DNA from: the human T2T-CHM13v2.0 reference genome, Homo sapiens
Direction: 5' to 3' (one strand)
DNA: 64,000 bases
NCBI RefSeq assembly: GCF_009914755.1
Contig: NC_060926.1
Every line of letters starts with the position of its first letter. Position 1 is the stretch's first letter. The notes under the pieces are model-generated. The model did not search any database. It was not told where the DNA came from and worked only from the letters and a program-made list of their open reading frames with translations. Of the stretch, positions 61,700-64,000 are shown piece after piece. The translations under genes were made by a program, and so were the position numbers.

Positions 61700-61795
<96 letters not shown>

Positions 61796-62143
61796 GTTTA
61801 TTAATAGGCCTCCTGCAAGCTGAGGAGCAAGGAGAGCCAGTTCGAGTCCCAAAACTGAAGAACTTGGAGTCCAATGTTTGAGGGCAGGAAGCATCCAGCA
61901 CAGGAGAAAGACATAGGCTGGGGCTAGGCCAATCTCGTCTTTTCACATTTTTCTGCCTGCTCTATATTCTAGTCACAATGGGGCTGATTAGATGGTGACC
62001 ACTTAGATTAAGAGTGGGCCTGCCTTTCCGAGACTACTGACTAAAATGTTCATCTCTTTGGCAACACTGTCACAGACACACCCACGATAAATACTTTGCA
62101 TCCTTCAATCCAATCAAGTTGACACTCAGTATTAACCATCACA
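61648..62143 (-). mobile_element. MLT2A1-like (HERVL) solo LTR
   Basis: Reverse complement begins TGTGATGGTTAATACTGAGTGTCAACTTGATTGGATTGAAGG; perfect TSD GAGAG (61643-61647/62144-62148). Confidence 0.92.
61683..61793. repeat. Compound (TA)n array with TTCC interruptions
   Basis: TAGGAA(TA)4TTCC(TA)~24TTCC(TA)~20. Confidence 0.95.
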
Positions 62144-62877
62144 GAGAGTAATGCTGCTGATCCATTACCAATAATCAATCACCAGCAATCAGTGATCAAC
62201 TGCTATCAGCTATGAACAAGGTACTTTTTTACAAATTAAGTGTATAAAATCGTGAAAGATGTCTACTCTGTTCTGAAGAGGATTATGTGAAATGAAGTTT
62301 CTTTTTTCTGGTAGAACAGGATTTGCGTTATCTATCCACGTTTGTTCACTTTCCTTCCCTAGTGATTGAGTCAACATGTTTGCATATCAACTGGTTAGGG
62401 TAAAGAATTCCATTTATGGCCATAGATTTTGTGGGGATTACTGAACCCTAGCTGAACAAAGGAGCAAACTCAAATTTCTGTCCTATTTTCAACAACCAAG
62501 AAGAGAACCTTAATTCTTGCTCCACACTCAGGTACATATACTCCTGGGGGACTATAATAAGTAATATGTCAATCCAAAGGACACACATAATTTATTTTCT
62601 AAAATGTTAAATATTCTAAAATATTGACTTTAAAATGAAAAAAACAAATAAAATACTATAGAATAAACAAATTCAGATACATGATGGAGTAGAATATTAA
62701 AACAGCATATATATCTTGAAACAAAACATCAGAGTACATAAAAATTGCACAATTTTAGTGGCTGTTTCATGCTTCTTCCCAAAAGTCTTAGGTTATACAT
62801 CAGCTCCCTACTACTTTGAGGAATGCTTCATTGGAAGAATCTTAGACTTTCTATTTTCATTCATATGTCAGAAATGT

Positions 62878-62957
62878 GATCATGCCACTGCACTCCAGCC
62901 TAGGCAACAGAATGAGACCCTGTATCTAAAAACAAAAACACAATTTTTAAAAAAACA
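62878..62957 (+). mobile_element. Severely 5'-truncated Alu (3' end only)
   Basis: GATCATGCCACTGCACTCCAGCCTAGGCAACAGAATGAGACCCTG + A-rich tail. Confidence 0.85.
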
Positions 62958-63847
62958 CTAATATCAGATTATTAGGCCAAAGAGTTTTCAGTCTTTATTT
63001 GCTCCCTCCAGTCGTCTGAAGAACATGTTAAAATGTGGCTCCAGAGTCGGAGCAACGTGGAGCAATACATGTTCCTTGGTGGCAGGTCTAGGATCATGGA
63101 TTAAGGGACTCTGTGGATTCCTCTGTGGGATTACAAACTCTGTGTGGAGATACTATAAGCTACTGCACATGTCAGGCTGGTCAAGTTGCATCAAGCCTGC
63201 TAACAATGACGTTTCTGACTAAAAGCCTAAGATATTTTTTTTTTTCTGGGGGGATGACTGTAAATTTCTCTTCTAAAACTTCCACACAAAACACACTGAA
63301 AGTGTTTTCAAGTGGCTCTCTCCTTCAGAAAATCAATGTCAGAAACTTAGACCTAGTTATCTTGTAATACCAGGTTGTACCATTTTGCTCACTTCAAAAC
63401 TACTTTTATAAGGATTTGCTATTATTTTCTGGTAATGTTCCATTATGTAAATGTCTGGAAACAACTTTCTGTCAAACTCGAGATGCTAGATCAATAGAAT
63501 AAGTGCATGATCTTATGTCTTGCCAGTTATCTTTCATTATTTGGAAGTTCTCTATTTTCAATTTTCAGAATTAAAAGAGGGCTTATTTTCTAAATACAAC
63601 CTCGTTAATTCTGACTGTGCTTCTGTAGACGTTGCTGGGCCTTCCCCAATATTAGGATTCGGTGGGCTCTTCTAGAAACACTTGCCACAGACAGCAATTG
63701 GAAAATCAGCAGCAACTCTATTTGCTGCTGTATAATATTCCACTGCCCACACCTGAAAAGACAACCTTCATGAATAGCAGAGGGTAGCTGGAAGTTGTCC
63801 TGGTAATTACATAGTCATACCCCAGTCATGCTTTTGGGAATGAGCAC

Positions 63848-64000
63848 TATAGCACAGTGGTTAAACATGTGGTCTTTAGTATCGAGCAGATCTAGGCAAA
63901 TTTATGCTGTGCCACCAAGTTTAATTGTGGGCACATTACTGAAGTAAATCACCATTTCCTAATTTGCAAAATGGGTACTATGAGAATACCAATCTTACAA
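63848..64000 (+). mobile_element. MIR
   Basis: TATAGCACAGTGGTTAAACATGTGGTCTTTAG...TTTCCTAATTTGCAAAATGGG. Confidence 0.7.

Overview
AT-rich, repeat-dense primate (human-like) genomic DNA, intergenic or deep-intronic. No host protein-coding gene, RNA gene or CpG island can be supported. The ORF track is almost entirely decayed LINE-1 ORF1/ORF2 pieces, Alu/LTR-derived frames and chance ORFs. Content: two L1PA copies on + (22866-26830, nested in an older L1MA4-like element; 28997-35222, near full length), an L1MA1/2-like element on - (53030-56310), about eleven Alus or Alu fragments, many solo LTRs (THE1D, MLT1, MLT2A1, LTR16, LTR33, LTR78, MER34-like), Tigger-type MITEs, MIR/L2 relics and microsatellites. 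Repeat family names are assigned from memory of consensus sequences, not from a database search. The structure these repeats do not explain is a long inverted repeat of apparently non-TE DNA: ~620-bp arms at 48325-48948 and 51447-52050, roughly 85% identical by eye, with more decayed homology on both flanks, around a ~2.5-kb spacer. Also notable: an L1 whose 3' end and TSD are inverted (35223-35408), a 26-bp L1 TSD with a junction micro-duplication, a perfect 46-bp-arm AT-rich palindrome (42107-42218), and a closely spaced tail-to-tail Alu pair.
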